Source: Prasinococcaceae sp. CCMP 1430 (lineage: Eukaryota > Plantae > Prasinodermophyta). From it: a DNA stretch of 64,000 nt. Numbering within the stretch: the stretch's first letter is position 1; each line of letters begins with the position of its first letter. The position numbers and the translations under genes were made by a program. A model generated the notes under the pieces. That model did not search any database. It had not been told where the DNA came from and was given only the letters and a program-made list of their open reading frames with translations. The stretch is taken from contig RQSC01000518.1 in NCBI GenBank assembly GCA_013416795.1, forward strand, positions 134,510 through 198,509. Reading direction: 5' to 3'. Shown here piece by piece: positions 31,801 to 37,522 of this stretch.

Positions 31801-34111
31801 CTTCCTCACGCTGGCGCTGTATATGGTGTGGATTTCCGCCAAGATCCTGGTGCCCAAGCGCCAGTCCGAGGACGAGGAGGAGGACGAGGACTCGACGTGG
31901 GAGCCCGAGGCGTGGAGGCGTTCACACTACATCGTCGCGGTGGTCGCCATCCAGATGGTCAATGTTGCGCTCATTGAGTTCTCCTTCACTGATCTCTATG
32001 GCGAGATGTTCTTCACGTGCTTCCTGATCATGAAGGTTTTCCACATCGTGCTCGACAAGTACATCGAAGGCTTCCTCAAGGAGGTGCTGCTGTGCACGCC
32101 AGTGTCCATCTCGCTGGCAATGACTGCGGGTTTGGTGACCATTTCCGCAGATGACTTCACTGATTTCACTCTGGGTTTCTTCCTGGAGCTTCTGATCGGC
32201 CTCTCGGAGTATGTGTATCTCGACGCTGCCATGGCCTCTGTGTCGGAACAGCTTCCCAAGATCAAGCGATTCATCGATCGCTTGTACTACCGCGTGCGCC
32301 GTCGCACCAACATGGAGGACCTGTTGGCTGGTGAGGTGGCCGAGGAGGACAGCGTGGTGGAGGACCTCATGGGCTTCCTGACGTCCTACGGAGCAAACAA
32401 CGTCGTGCTGCTCCTCACCGTACCATACATCTTCTTCTACTACTACTTCAACTCGCAGCTGCGCTTATCGTTCCTTTTCGGCATCCGCCAGCGTGACTTG
32501 CTCATCTACCTCATTTTCGCGGTAGTCATCATTTTCTTCCAGGTGATCTGCGACGTCTTCACGTTCAACATCCAGGAGCTTTTCCACGGGTGGAATCTGT
32601 ACGAGTACATGAAGTACGCCCGGTACCGCTTCGTGCATCGCACGGCGCGCTGGAAGGGTCTCGAGACTCAATTTGATGAGTCCATCGAGGAGGGGCTGCG
32701 CTCTGTTGATCAGATGTGCTTCTCGAGCCAGTTTTACTTCGTGCTCGCGCTGGGCGGCGCGGGTGCGTTCCTGATCACGCTTGCGATCTCGATGATGCTG
32801 CGTGCACAGTACAACATGTTCGCCGACCCGGCCTTCCTTATGGTCATCGGGCTCATGTGCGCTTTCTGCGAGGCTGGCCAGAAGCTGGGCCTGGTGCTCG
32901 CGGACCTGGGAGGACTCTGGAAGCTCAAGGAGTTCGGTGTAGATGGGGCAGAGCGCCTCGCGCAGGAGTCCGACATGCCGGTGGAGTTCCAGCAATTCGT
33001 GGACGCGGGCTCGAAGGCCGCTGCGGTGGCGCAGCGCCGCGAGTGGGACGGCGACTACGACGGGCCGCTCACAACCGCGCGCATGACCAGTGACGCGTTC
33101 AGACACGAATTCCTGGACAAGAATCGCCTGTGGCTCCTCGAGCAGATGGGTGACCTGCTCACGCCGCGCACTGCGGACAAGCTGAAGAGGATGGGCATCG
33201 GCGCTAAGATCTACGTGCGCGCTGACTCGGATGATAGCGACACTGAGGACCGTGGGCGCTTTGGACCGGTGACAGTTGAGCCCGCCGCAGCGCATCTGGC
33301 ACGCATGTGGCTCACAGAAGCGCGTAGGCGCGCGCCCGGCCGCGGCCGCCTGCTCATCTCGTCGTCGGACTCCGAAGAGGATGGTGGCGGCCGCTTTGGC
33401 CGCGCGCAGATCAGCTATTCGACCCACGCACTTCTGCGCGCGTGGCTTGCCAAGAGCCGCCAGGCCGCGGAGGGCGGCGGCGTGGCCCACGCGATCTCAT
33501 CGGAGGACGACACCGATGCCGAGACCTCGCGTTTCGGGGCGCCCGCGACCGTGAGCCGCGCGAGTCACGCGCTGCTGCGCACCTGGTTGGCCGCTGTGCG
33601 GGCCGACGTCCTGGCGATGGCAGCGAGGGCCGAGCCCCAGGGGCGAGTGCCCATACGGCGCGGTGGTGCGCTTGGCACGTCGAGCTCCGAGTCTGACTCG
33701 GACCTTGGCGGTGGCGGAGCTCCCGCGGCGCGCTTCGGCAGGGTCAGGCTTTCCCAGAGCACCCACGCGGTGCTGCGCACCTGGGTGCGCTCCATGCGCG
33801 CGCAGTCTACCGAGGGTGTCGCGAGGCCCAGTCGGGGACGCGCCGCGCTAGCTCTCAGCAGCGATGAGAGCGACGCAGAGACTGCCGTGGGCAGCGCGAC
33901 CGCGCGCGGGGGCTCGCGCTTTGGCCCGCTGCGCCCCGTGGTCAGCCGCGGAAGCCACGCATTGCTGCGAGCGTGGGTAGCAGCTACAAGGGAGCAAATT
34001 CGGGAGGACACTGGAGCAAATGAGCTCGAAATGCGGGACGAAGCCGTCCCAGTCGACGAGGAGGAAGGAGAAGGATCTTATCAGGAGGGCGATAACGACT
34101 TTGAGTCCTAG
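16868..34111 (+). CDS. Giant (~5747 aa) cell-surface multi-pass membrane protein: signal peptide, ~35-40 IPT/TIG domains, Cys-rich GCC2/GCC3 (ephrin-receptor-like) repeats, ectodomain, ~11 TM helices, repetitive cytosolic tail
   Basis: One uninterrupted frame. Likely start at ATG 16868 (or 16907) before the signal ATALTALLAMLLTASWVALSNA. Repeated SPxSGPxxGGTxVTVxGxxF...CxFG...VSSxxxxCxxP units ~17070-27660; CPPGYYCP-type repeats ~27680-29420; hydrophobic helices ~31480-32930. The domain count is estimated from length divided by ~90 aa. Confidence 0.9.
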   Translation: MGATEQRLSAGGAMASVDQDAGRRRLESCRRKRAAWRRAQVQATALTALLAMLLTASWVALSNAFSYPELEYSEPYGGPGRGGTQVTIFGSNFYSSQTSVLACAFGDEPLVVARVITSEQITCDVRPRFVGFTSIDVAINNVTSAASTLQYEYADAPLTAHIFPSQGAAGTLTVVRGKHFQRTDADRATFCSFGGVDVGAHFVSSEVVMCETPNRPTGTVMLDMTKNMQDYSTSRIPYMVVEQGFRIASMSPTSGPETGGTRLSSRLMAVLPESTRVRCRLAGNLQVAASISTSLTHMECLLPAHVSGLHQVAFATNEKDFYYNALYRMRAPPDELILTSEEGTVQGGTILHLSTLPHTAPMVHPLSSITSCRFGTQTVGAQPSSDGQSLQCRSPPFDAGFAAVMVSSNGFDFTLGPVFHFRQASVIDMLQPRLASDYGGGVLNVLGSDMVHTGLQCLFGILTTTAKPVSSALVQCASPGMPAGLTYLELASHGSSTVSTASPADTRMPFFVHVAPEVTAISPISGDPDGGTLVTVLGAHYVNSIELGCAFGTVSPVAAAWLEHSEMQCVSPARVLGSPEVRVTNNGIQFEGAEEPDESSVFTYIGEPGLPSSVSIDAILAGGASGGSTVTGSTGGGTPVTIVGSGFTDDVSQYNPDGSYAGGGGEGAPSSGSPSAGADVFCNFGSSVVPGTVVDSTTIICETPSANGGGFTTVELVDGDGVVSATSSEEYLYSELPEVHGISPLSGSVAGGTRVVVVGENFSPSESFCRFGASRIELAQVLSSTLLTCVSPAHTHGKVHIGVSNNAHDWSVDDFVFNYQSPPKIFRSMPRSGPESGGTHVEILGADFKSTSSFVAKVGSLGPMAVAVGTSHVANTHTPASVPQSAAVRVSSNMIEFDHEIPKPVYFEYLRNMTVDSAFPSAGMIGAPLAITVVGTNVDSTGKLWCRSGEASGGRISWAGDGATCSILSHHAGFAAIGVSNNGADYVVPEQDVAFEFAVSSTLSSLSTKMTHNGTILGIRGANFKLGALCTMNERVSSAAHVISSAVIACEIQRIPTMHVHLRMTSSNSAHSTDGFRVFHQLDFPEVQGAYPSGVTGEGGSPISVYGVYPPTTESSYCRVGTISPLFAGRTAPDAISCVSPALSPRFAPVEVSINGFEYTADEMSLRVHSSPTVEGLLDVGGLSSGGTQLRMAVDSFAASDIVRCIFNGMMSPAQYGGGLLKCVTPAHSPGFVEVHISRQGSSTLTTGAIFQFHVSPKLLYLDPAIGPSAGGSVLALVGEHFLSTDTTCAIGDKILSTRIVSSSLACVESQADVQGKAAASLMLGGDQVFSNAAQSIFTHAASPRVLGVTPAAGESSGGSILKLAYAQAHRTGMSAAACAVGSFAPVMAARTDDDDVECVAPARSAGRASLRLADNHKDFDGSSSTFEYVDSNDVLAVIPSVGLSRGGTIITVYPAKLATGSSTRLTVHVGGTTISATRRDRNLVAYAPRNPPGYSRVTLDKTTRKGITYQYVATPSIGPVSPKAGIGGTVARVSGLDMVGAGPWCRFGESALAVSALSVSSSLALCEAPAGEAGELSVALGVVGPEDGFVVGGGAFRRGGALGVRSVSPSRGPVSGGTLVSALFEGGVGGVSGSSCRFGSVSPVAARASSVGATGGSSQCASPAHSAGRVSVEVSLGPGAYSSSGVSFSFAEGGVAESVVPSVGLASGGGVVTVVGSSLSEGTCSFGGTVVPGVSAGEGSLSCVAPSGVAGFVAVRVGAGAGSSVGSGAYYQYVSSPSIGPVSPKAGIGGTVARVSGLDMVGAGPWCRFGESASAVSALSVSSSLALCEAPAGEAGELSVALGVVGPEDGFVVGGGAFRRGGALGVRSVSPSRGPVSGGTLVSALFEGGVGGVSGSSCRFGSVSPVAARASSVGATGGSSQCASPAHSAGRVSVEVSLGPGAYSSSGVSFSFAEGGVAESVVPSVGLASGGGVVTVVGSSLSEGTCSFGGTVVPGVSAGEGSLSCVAPAGVAGFVIVSLVGIHGSSAVASYLYLNEPTVAYVRPDVVYDFSVVHVVGADLHALLLSTKYSWNPVVVSSVFAVGTVDDFADDDAWHLVSSDLYSMAQPLEVLDVTPGISHSEGGSIVTVHAFGGVERLSSFSLSCTFGTTRVLASTSTMETLECRTPSHAPGVVALDTAANGKDTSGEYGHFAFSDSAAASRSSDMVSGVSVIPVEMKGGQDVFVYTSDLIVDGVTQHTCGFGDRSVPALAVNTSCVLCVAPASAPGFVAVDVRELENTGPPRMESIAFIMFQEEYTISHVIPTAGPNAGGVLAVHGRNMMHSACQFVLLGGDVVEVRGMWVSSTIVMCEAVSHENGEIHVHLAVAGAAAGDTRQYALYEQPAMLDASPARGYVTGGTQVSVSVDPALADLLPADVVCRFGTVSTNAVTSEASSVMCVAPAHAPMSVPISLAFNGKDFSSKVADYHFSPSPDADSMIPEMSLRSDGARVTISGERLGAFSDVTCSTATSRVVAMHLTADTITCSLPAATVEGFSSVTISVADVGDVATHIFHFMQDVEVYSSQPVRTTNFGGVITLAGSNYPRQAQLACLMGAFGTTEASVVSSGIARCATFTPAVGTASVGITLDGLAFDDQRSGFSAIPIEVYEPPRTLAVTPASTLFDGGRSLRLNVAGAQEFLRGAWCVVGTVAVLARSGDQDNAVECLSPAHAPGKVPIAVTLGMMEAGVPVALEYTNELDAQVLAVYPEAGAFGRGHVTLMVSEGALLGYSATCVFGYVSTPAIRSKDGNFQCNPPSNPLGIYSVSIFSDGRIGGGDAVYQYVEEARVVHIQPSISVPGGVIALVTENARSRDMQCRFGDDIGGSLRFVSTALGSCEVMPGGVLSSVHNVALGVKGHTAFSDSATLMVTPASYLTSVSPQRSHVNGGTSITASSSRAVDQASNTYLPFGTVVVRSLVIAAGHLTAVAPARYVHRTQVSSSFNGVDFGESSLTFIYIAGGIAESVVPSVGLASGGGVVTVVGSSLSEGTCSFGGTVVPGVSAGEGSLSCVAPSGVAGFVAVRVGAGAGSSVGSGAYYQYVSSPSVGGVSPSAGAGGTVARVSGLDMVGAGPWCRFGESASAVSALSVSSSLALCEAPAGEAGELSVALGVVGPEDGFVVGGGAFLRLPALYAIGATPNRIRGERGAVISVTMTAAIGDLVGSAPVVCGIGSISVAGIWASTENIACPAPAKSAGLESVCTGMSAMDCVHAGLRLAYVTSGDILGVYPEAGDAETVFAIGIIGEDVTPDLVCMFGSEPSPSVQSHSLPGSVACRLPLHSTGFVSVTLADGARILPTKATFLFLDKPLLASTVPSTIFGPRVGVVHADGVHLPAVGSDGMLCSFQGGVSRAHALSTALIVCVVEDATPTVADPLSVGASPYGSVARTGAGGVDLIVITEPLVAVVEPSTGPAAGGTMLTVFGGSFDADAAWAVRVGTTAPIAAVRLASTAVEIVVPSHEIGDVNVHVLGNGRDAASDRAMYQFQTPAVLNAPVPAIGVESGGTPVFAIGANFVNSTALRCRFGEEAVPATFLSSTALLCMTPPQERGIVFFEVSNNGVDFTSTQSLYQIVTCPPGYYCPAGDMLECPPGTFCAGGGSFNFTLCPPGTYQSEAGSAACLPSPIGYISPDFGMAVPRPCPRGAVCDVTGLAVGDKPCPPGHYCLEGTRTSNFTDFAETRRPLPCPFGFYCGAGVTTDVPILNNFTTPQPCFGGYLCEPGSSTPQGSGPCPSGHYCPPGQVVPCPPRTYCPNVGNVEPKPCEPGQYNQEYGQANCKLCPRGTICPGFARLLPEKCPAGSVCDVDGLPIPNKRCPAGHFCLGNTVTRDPLAQLDESSLQRSSPIELVASNFRPRPCLPATYCMEGVATNITNKGVITAPQPCKEGSLCEWGTGDTTTAPDRSLFGPDDVYSNPITSCPPGTFCPEGTYIPVPAPRGSFARGVGNAAAVYCLPGTYTHYEGFASCLQCPSGYECVNDGTFIPEICDSGEYRSQADSVTCRQCPLGTWNPFKGMTARVYCIPCNPGTVCGIEGMSNNKPFGDNREQKINDHTLVELQPLGQATLCPEGYVCDAGTSVATVKCPDKFYCGYGTTPETQFNNPCPEGYYCPEGTSESGRFQFSCLPCFYCPEGTGLILPRCPTGTKSESKSTSLMDCEADGITFWRVQPLLDELMLFTQMNLTEYQEMLDAEEAELALPDGDGALLGGSSDAPRLDDGQSTLNLESRRRLMSNESDAPRDIDIDEEFGHCVGQDFHMLEPEVVVRPDGSGPSVDEMGNNMTWYKLPRYYMAKLSFDFRNLTDDLVYGEHFGIYVFVGDRSTKVDCDTAELREVPCKPYIPDPNGLVVGRDDETRRFEQKCPASTDAEELPFWLEQVVDGEFVSKRGIVEINIMSNGDINVPNTGYVKFRVEVRMLHGQYQHYKTQISNTLCIDVLRPKRVSPVVDHAFQVIMPRVDGLMLPLNAPQRDPLHRDVGRQYFTCNEALGAIGLSAGCRRKDPSITMSFNVTPTALSLGYEYVNEDENVLSLRRMLSSGAGGMASPGVVPPIPTVSSGLVAARRQLVEAIGSIGVFSTSTSEGKGDYGASATRRRLSEAAAPGAGIPIPSKADLDGVVNTVPDLREEEERVLEDPSLYWTGTGDIIAMKYLPYFSNCRGTDSNIFLYQLLETNPSCSLVSQNETIFIDQWDPQVFEPEADSCDIEFTCFYEEYYKEQAAVLRWFEVEAEVLFYLTPDGTSPDEQFVADIQASETTSPQLAPGALQGKIATQQLIPVEFAASEVGEGIVPTEVSLAIDYYQMTPQAKRLITAGVEMGEYVNAKKHDSGDYKLTVSYSPLNFFNLLNSFAFDYAFYVILFLGIGTFAVLIVLMFFIFNRLFTRLRDPPPFRFFPYLRIAASGPFVGVGLALVPFMAGCLAVQFFVQGVQIFSFVPQDIDDPTDDPVLLEVRDNGRMAVGFLTLALYMVWISAKILVPKRQSEDEEEDEDSTWEPEAWRRSHYIVAVVAIQMVNVALIEFSFTDLYGEMFFTCFLIMKVFHIVLDKYIEGFLKEVLLCTPVSISLAMTAGLVTISADDFTDFTLGFFLELLIGLSEYVYLDAAMASVSEQLPKIKRFIDRLYYRVRRRTNMEDLLAGEVAEEDSVVEDLMGFLTSYGANNVVLLLTVPYIFFYYYFNSQLRLSFLFGIRQRDLLIYLIFAVVIIFFQVICDVFTFNIQELFHGWNLYEYMKYARYRFVHRTARWKGLETQFDESIEEGLRSVDQMCFSSQFYFVLALGGAGAFLITLAISMMLRAQYNMFADPAFLMVIGLMCAFCEAGQKLGLVLADLGGLWKLKEFGVDGAERLAQESDMPVEFQQFVDAGSKAAAVAQRREWDGDYDGPLTTARMTSDAFRHEFLDKNRLWLLEQMGDLLTPRTADKLKRMGIGAKIYVRADSDDSDTEDRGRFGPVTVEPAAAHLARMWLTEARRRAPGRGRLLISSSDSEEDGGGRFGRAQISYSTHALLRAWLAKSRQAAEGGGVAHAISSEDDTDAETSRFGAPATVSRASHALLRTWLAAVRADVLAMAARAEPQGRVPIRRGGALGTSSSESDSDLGGGGAPAARFGRVRLSQSTHAVLRTWVRSMRAQSTEGVARPSRGRAALALSSDESDAETAVGSATARGGSRFGPLRPVVSRGSHALLRAWVAATREQIREDTGANELEMRDEAVPVDEEEGEGSYQEGDNDFES
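21413..22894 (+). repeat. Intragenic 786-bp (262-aa, three IPT domains) tandem repeat, ~1.9 near-identical copies
   Basis: Copy 1 is 21413-22198; copy 2 is 22199-~22894. I saw only about 3 mismatches (21523, 21525, 22876). A sampled 60-nt line (21601-21660) is 80% GC. Confidence 0.95.
25856..26337 (+). repeat. Third, dispersed partial copy of the same cassette (end of unit plus start of the next unit)
   Basis: Matches 21956-22437 at an offset of 3900 nt, apart from a ~35-nt diverged stretch at 26101-26135. Confidence 0.93.
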
Positions 34112-34243
34112 TTATAGCTAGTGACTAGTCCTAGAGAGAGAGTGAGCAAGCTCTGGAGCTGGCGCGGATTGTTGTAATTTCGCAAGCACTAGATACAGCA
34201 TCGGTGCGGCGCCGCAATCGACAGTGTGCGAGCACGGGCGCCC

Positions 34244-35572
34244 TCAGTTGACGCCGAACCTGTCCTGAAGCGCATTGATGCTCCATCCGACGTCGCTTGT
34301 TGGTAACCTGCAGTCGGGCGCCTTGCCGCCAGTGAAATTCGCTCTGTAGTTGTTCTCCCTCTGCTCGCGCTCCGCGCGGAAATGCGTACACAGCCTGTAA
34401 TCGAGCATCCGCGCGAGCTCCTTGAACCCGCCCCAGCACTCAAATACGTCCCCAGCGAGCGAGTGCTCCCCCTTGAGGTCCACCTCCCTCCTCTTGACGG
34501 GCAGGCCTGTGTCCTCGTCGATGCGCTGCAGGCGCTCGGGCAGCGGCATGCCTGACAGCAGCGCGTGCGCGTCGCATCCGCGCTTGGCACTACGGAGCGC
34601 CGCGCGCATGGCTCCAGCCGTGACACCCGACACGAAGAAGTCGTCGGGCGTGCGGAAGCGATACACGGCATCCCCCTCCGCAGCGTCGGGATCCCTCTCG
34701 AGTGCGTGTGCGAGCAGCGGGGCGATCGCCTCGGGCGTTGTTGTGCGCGAAGAAGCTTCGTACAGAAACTGCGCGGCCTCCACGCGCGAGTTGAAGCGGG
34801 CCGCCTGCACGGGGCAATATCTGACAACCGAGCTCGGTGCGTCCGGCTCGAACTCGACGAGCGCCACGGAGCGCACGCGCCCGCGTGCGAAGCCACCGCG
34901 TATGTCGCGGCGCGTCTGTTTTCCGGCGTAGGCCGCTGCTACGGCCGCGCCCAGTCCCACGCCGGCGACAGACCAGTGCGCCTGATAAATGGAAGATGCG
35001 TCCCGCAGCAGGTCATCCCTGATGCCTCCGATGAGGCAGTACTGTCTGGTCTCTTCGCGGTCGGCGTTGAGCTCGAGGGCCTCCGCGAACGCCTCGAGGT
35101 CTTCTACGAGCTCGTCGATGTGTACAGGCCCCTGCCTGCCACCTGTGGTGCCACCGTGGCCGCGCATGTCAATGGCAATGACATGGTACCAGCTCATGAG
35201 CAGGTGGTCAAGGTCCAGCGCGCGCTCGTCACCAGTGAGGTGCCAAGCCATCCGGCTCCATACCTGGCGGCACTCGCCCGCGCCATGCAGCAGCATAAGT
35301 GTCTGCTTCTCGCCAGGTCCACCACGCCTGCGGTCGACTCGCAGTTCTCCCCACTCGCTGTAGGCCATGCGGATGCCCGTGCGTAGCTGCACGCTCTTTG
35401 CGAGACCCGCCGAATGGTCGCCGCGGCGTGAGCCGGGCCACGTGTTGGCGAGCTCGAGCGCGCGAAAGATGAAGGCCTCGTCGGCGCCACCGTCGTCGGG
35501 GGTGCCATTAGCCACGATCCCTTCGCCAAGGGGGGGGAGCTGCTCCACTCTGGCCGCCCTCGCACGCGCCAT
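34244..35572 (-). CDS. Alpha/beta-hydrolase-fold protein with Gly at the nucleophile position; probably the 3' part of a CS-domain fusion gene
   Basis: MAYSEWG, LMLLHGAGE, VIAIDMRGHG, elbow AGVGLGAAVA (G-V-G-L-G instead of G-x-S-x-G). Overlaps the upstream CS ORF in a different frame. Confidence 0.75.
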   Translation of the reverse strand: MARARAARVEQLPPLGEGIVANGTPDDGGADEAFIFRALELANTWPGSRRGDHSAGLAKSVQLRTGIRMAYSEWGELRVDRRRGGPGEKQTLMLLHGAGECRQVWSRMAWHLTGDERALDLDHLLMSWYHVIAIDMRGHGGTTGGRQGPVHIDELVEDLEAFAEALELNADREETRQYCLIGGIRDDLLRDASSIYQAHWSVAGVGLGAAVAAAYAGKQTRRDIRGGFARGRVRSVALVEFEPDAPSSVVRYCPVQAARFNSRVEAAQFLYEASSRTTTPEAIAPLLAHALERDPDAAEGDAVYRFRTPDDFFVSGVTAGAMRAALRSAKRGCDAHALLSGMPLPERLQRIDEDTGLPVKRREVDLKGEHSLAGDVFECWGGFKELARMLDYRLCTHFRAEREQRENNYRANFTGGKAPDCRLPTSDVGWSINALQDRFGVN

Positions 35573-36266
35573 GCCCAGCAGCTGCCCATGCCTCAGCACC
35601 GGCCGCGGGCGCAGGCAGTGGCTGCCCGCGGCGATCTCTCCCGTTGCCGAGCCTCGCCTTGGTGCGCTGCATGATGCGCTCACAGAATGCCAGCGACGCG
35701 AGCTTGGCATCGCGTGCGCTATTTATGAGCTCGCCCATCTGCGAAGGCCGGCGTTGTGTGTCGACGAGGCGAATTGCCGGTCGCTTGCCCGTCGGGTGAA
35801 AGCCGGGCGCTGCGAGGAAGTCGCCGGGCAAGGCGCTGGCTGGCGATTCCGAAGTGACCGACCCCACTTCGCTCGCGCGGTCGTCGAGGTCCGTGGTGGC
35901 CGCAAGTCGCTCCGCGCGCACTTCTTCACCGTCTAAGAGAGCCGCCCAGTGCGGTGTGGCGCTGCCACCCACGCGCGAGAAGTTCTTGGCGAGGCTGATC
36001 ACCAATTTCTTGGGCGCGTGGCGTCCCACGTGCTCGACGCTCCAGCTGCTCTCGGCTGGGTCCACGCAGCCACCGGTTGCACCGTCGAGCACGACGCCGA
36101 CGCCCTCGATCGCCAGGCGCAGCTCATGCGCGCCTATTAGGCAGCGCACGTCGCGCCCGCCGAGCCGCCTGCCCACTGGGCCACAGCCGCCGGTGGGCAA
36201 GTCGAGCTCGACCGTTACCTCGGCCTCCGTCTGTGACCACCTGTACGGCAGGCCCGACGCAGGCAT
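35508..36266 (-). CDS. CS (p23/NudC-like) domain ORF; probably the 5' part of the same gene as the hydrolase
   Basis: MPASGLPYRWSQTEAEVTVEL...DVRCLIGAHELRLAI...VDPAESSWSVE...LVISLAK...WAALLDG matches the CS-domain pattern (Y-x-W-x-Q-T, ES-x-W, L-x-K, W-x-x-L). Confidence 0.8.
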   Translation of the reverse strand: MPASGLPYRWSQTEAEVTVELDLPTGGCGPVGRRLGGRDVRCLIGAHELRLAIEGVGVVLDGATGGCVDPAESSWSVEHVGRHAPKKLVISLAKNFSRVGGSATPHWAALLDGEEVRAERLAATTDLDDRASEVGSVTSESPASALPGDFLAAPGFHPTGKRPAIRLVDTQRRPSQMGELINSARDAKLASLAFCERIMQRTKARLGNGRDRRGQPLPAPAAGAEAWAAAGHGACEGGQSGAAPPPWRRDRG

Positions 36267-36382
36267 GGCTGCCCGCCCTCCCCACCCACCCGCGACGCAC
36301 AGGAGCCGAGGCGGGCGTCTCCTTTTTCGGAATCTCGCCCGCGCGTGCCCGCCGGAGCAGCCCGGCAGGGGGGGGGGGGGGG

Positions 36383-36628
36383 NNNNNNNNNNNNNNNNNN
36401 NNNNNNNNNNNNNNNNNNNNNNNNNNNNNNNNNNNNNNNNNNNNNNNNNNNNNNNNNNNNNNNNNNNNNNNNNNNNNNNNNNNNNNNNNNNNNNNNNNNN
36501 NNNNNNNNNNNNNNNNNNNNNNNNNNNNNNNNNNNNNNNNNNNNNNNNNNNNNNNNNNNNNNNNNNNNNNNNNNNNNNNNNNNNNNNNNNNNNNNNNNNN
36601 NNNNNNNNNNNNNNNNNNNNNNNNNNNN
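36383..36628. other. Assembly gap (246 N), preceded by a poly-G run
   Basis: Direct read. Confidence 1.
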
Positions 36629-37099
36629 CGGCGCACACGCGGGGCGGCACGCCGCGGGGCACGCGGGGGCGCGGGCGGGTAGGGAGGGGGAAATGAGGAT
36701 GCCACAGCGCGCAGGGAGGGCGCGAGACGGCGGCGAGAGGAGGGCCAAGCCGCGGCTCGGAGTGCGTCTCGAAGGCGGGGGGTGGGGGGGCGCGTGCGGC
36801 TACGTGCGCGCCAGGCAGGACGGCAGGGGAGGGCCGCAGGCAGCGCGCCGCAGGCGGAGCGCTCGAGGAGCCGGCACCGCGCGTCGCCTGGTCCAGCCCA
36901 GGCTGGGGGCCTGGGCACGCCCCGCGGCGGGGGTGCGACTCGTCCGAGTTGCCTCCAGGGGCCGCGGCGTCCGCGCTTGAGCGGCAGTCCGCCGGCAGGG
37001 CCGGGGGCGCAGGCGGTGCGCGTGCCCGGGCGCCGGGCGCTCTCACCGGCGCGGCCCGCGCAGAGGAGCGAGAGGGGGGCGCCAGCGAGCCTGCACACC

Positions 37100-37522
37100 A
37101 TGCTCGACCCGCTGAGCATTGCACTGATTTCGTTCGCGGCCGCGGGTGTGGGTGGCAGCATTGGCTTCGGTTGCGGCGCGGCCGCGCGGAAGCTTCGAGA
37201 CGACAGGCAGTGGCGTGCTCTCAACTCGCAGCTGTCGACGTATTTCGCGCGCCCGCGCGACTTCGAGCGACTGGCCATGGATGGCGACGGGTACGGACTT
37301 GACCTGTCCCACCTGTCCAAGGCGGACATGTGCGCGCCGCTAGGGGTGGAAGACAGCCTGCTGCCCGCATCGCACGGCAGCGCTTTCGTCGCGAGTAGCT
37401 CCAGTGCGACCGGTTGGAACTCGCGCAGCAACCCCTTGCGGGAGTCAGCTGAGGACCTCGCCTCGCAGGCGCACGTTGGGGGGGAGGACTTCGCCGTCGA
37501 TGTGGGCGAGCGCCGCAGATAG
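37100..37522 (+). CDS. Hypothetical small protein (140 aa) with an N-terminal hydrophobic helix
   Basis: Good ATG context (CACACCATGC); MLDPLSIALISFAAAGVGGSIGFGCGAAARKLR...; no family recognised. Confidence 0.5.
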   Translation: MLDPLSIALISFAAAGVGGSIGFGCGAAARKLRDDRQWRALNSQLSTYFARPRDFERLAMDGDGYGLDLSHLSKADMCAPLGVEDSLLPASHGSAFVASSSSATGWNSRSNPLRESAEDLASQAHVGGEDFAVDVGERRR

